From NCBI GenBank assembly GCA_021802585.1, contig JAJZRQ010000005.1, positions 761 to 64,760 of the forward strand: a DNA stretch of 64,000 nucleotides, in the 5' to 3' direction. The position numbers and the translations under genes were made by a program. Positions within the stretch are counted from its first letter, which is position 1. Each line of letters begins with the position of its first letter. Below, piece by piece: positions 63,384 to 64,000 of this stretch. This stretch comes from Chloroflexota bacterium. Lineage in GTDB: Bacteria > Chloroflexota > Limnocylindria > Limnocylindrales > CSP1-4. Below the pieces are notes generated by a model. It was not told the origin of the DNA. It saw only the letters and a list, made by a program, of their open reading frames with translations, and searched no databases.

Positions 63384-63597
63384 GGCGCCGCCGCGGGGCG
63401 GCCGCGCACCGGGTTGGCGCGAGGCGCTGCTCGTCGCGGCGCTCGTCCTCGCCGTCGTCTTCGGGATCGAGATGCTCAGTGCGCTCCTGCCCCCCGTGCG
63501 GGAGGCCTTCCGGGACTTCCCGGTGACGATCGTCACCCTCGTCGTGGGGACGGCCGGGCTCCTCGTCCTCCTCGCGGTGCGCCGGCCCGGCCGCTGA
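63376..63597 (+). CDS. Hypothetical two-TM small protein
   Basis: Two hydrophobic segments; 8-nt overlap with the upstream gene. No motif. Confidence 0.35.
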   Translation: MPEAPPRGGRAPGWREALLVAALVLAVVFGIEMLSALLPPVREAFRDFPVTIVTLVVGTAGLLVLLAVRRPGR

Positions 63598-63640
63598 GCT
63601 CCGGCCGCGGGCGCCGCCTGCGCGTCCCTGCCCACGGGAA

Positions 63641-63676
63641 CGCGACGGCCCGGGCGTTGCCGCCCGGGCCGTCGCG
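63641..63676. terminator. 16-bp GC hairpin between convergent genes
   Basis: CGCGACGGCCCGGGCG-TTGC-CGCCCGGGCCGTCGCG, perfect stem. Confidence 0.5.
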
Positions 63677-63717
63677 CGTGCCGTGCGCCGCCGCCGGCGG
63701 CACCGATCGTCGCGGGG

Positions 63718-64000
63718 CTACGCGCCGCCCTTGAGCGCGGCGAGACGCGCCTCGACCTCGAGGTCGTCGGCCGCGTCGTCGAGGCTCGCGAACTGCGCGT
63801 CGAGCGAGCTCGAGGCGACCTCGGCCATCCCCCGCGCCTTCGCCTCCTCGTGGCGGACCTTCTCCTCGAAGCGCGAGACCTCGGACGTCGGGTCCATGAC
63901 GTTCACGCTCTTCATCGTCTCGGTGACCTGCGCCTGGGCGCGGGCCATCTTCGAGCGCGCGATGAGTTCGTCCTTCTTCTGGACCAGCTCCTCGCGCTTC
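63718..64000 (-). CDS. pspA: PspA/IM30-family protein (C-terminal part; N-terminus beyond window end)
   Basis: The coiled-coil sequence ...KKDELIARSKMARAQAQVTETMKSVNVMDPTSEVSRFEEKVRHEEAKARGMAE... continues to the window edge. Confidence 0.75.
   Translation of the reverse strand, partial: KREELVQKKDELIARSKMARAQAQVTETMKSVNVMDPTSEVSRFEEKVRHEEAKARGMAEVASSSLDAQFASLDDAADDLEVEARLAALKGGA

Overview
Very GC-rich, actinobacterium-like chromosomal segment. Genes are densely packed and often overlap stop-to-start (ATGA, GTGA, TGATG). Most of the very long ORFs in the six-frame track are antisense or out-of-frame shadows caused by the GC bias. Region 1-34.7 kb is a metal and sulfur homeostasis neighbourhood. 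It holds an OmpR/HK pair, Nramp, a persulfide-dioxygenase/rhodanese cluster, an ECF sigma factor, five ArsR-type regulators plus one MerR-type and one DtxR-type regulator, a P1B ATPase, MgtC, an FTR1/cupredoxin/ferritin set, a CDF exporter, a CopC/CtaG-like copper set and MerB. Several genes there are decayed: an ABC exporter, a CDF-like transporter and YnfA. Region ~34.8-46.5 kb looks like a composite integrative island next to tRNA-Gln(CTG). It carries two homologous tyrosine recombinases and two different ubiquitin-like conjugation cassettes. Cassette 1 is Ubl / E2-like / small protein / JAB / ThiF-type E1, followed by an ORC-like ATPase and an integrase. Cassette 2 has an XRE regulator plus ImmA/IrrE-type peptidase, divergent from Ubl / UBC-like E2 / JAB / long E1 / proteasome-beta-type Thr protease. 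The five-gene Ubl-E2-JAB-E1-proteasome-beta operon is the best candidate for a previously undescribed system. Region 46.5-64 kb is housekeeping: tRNA-Gln, glnS, tRNA-Gln, a class V aminotransferase, a 1136-aa unknown protein, an MBL hydrolase, an ACT protein, aldehyde dehydrogenase, Sir2, a LysM lipoprotein, MutY, PEP carboxylase, NnrE and a PspA fragment. All calls rest on motif reading by eye; no database search was possible.
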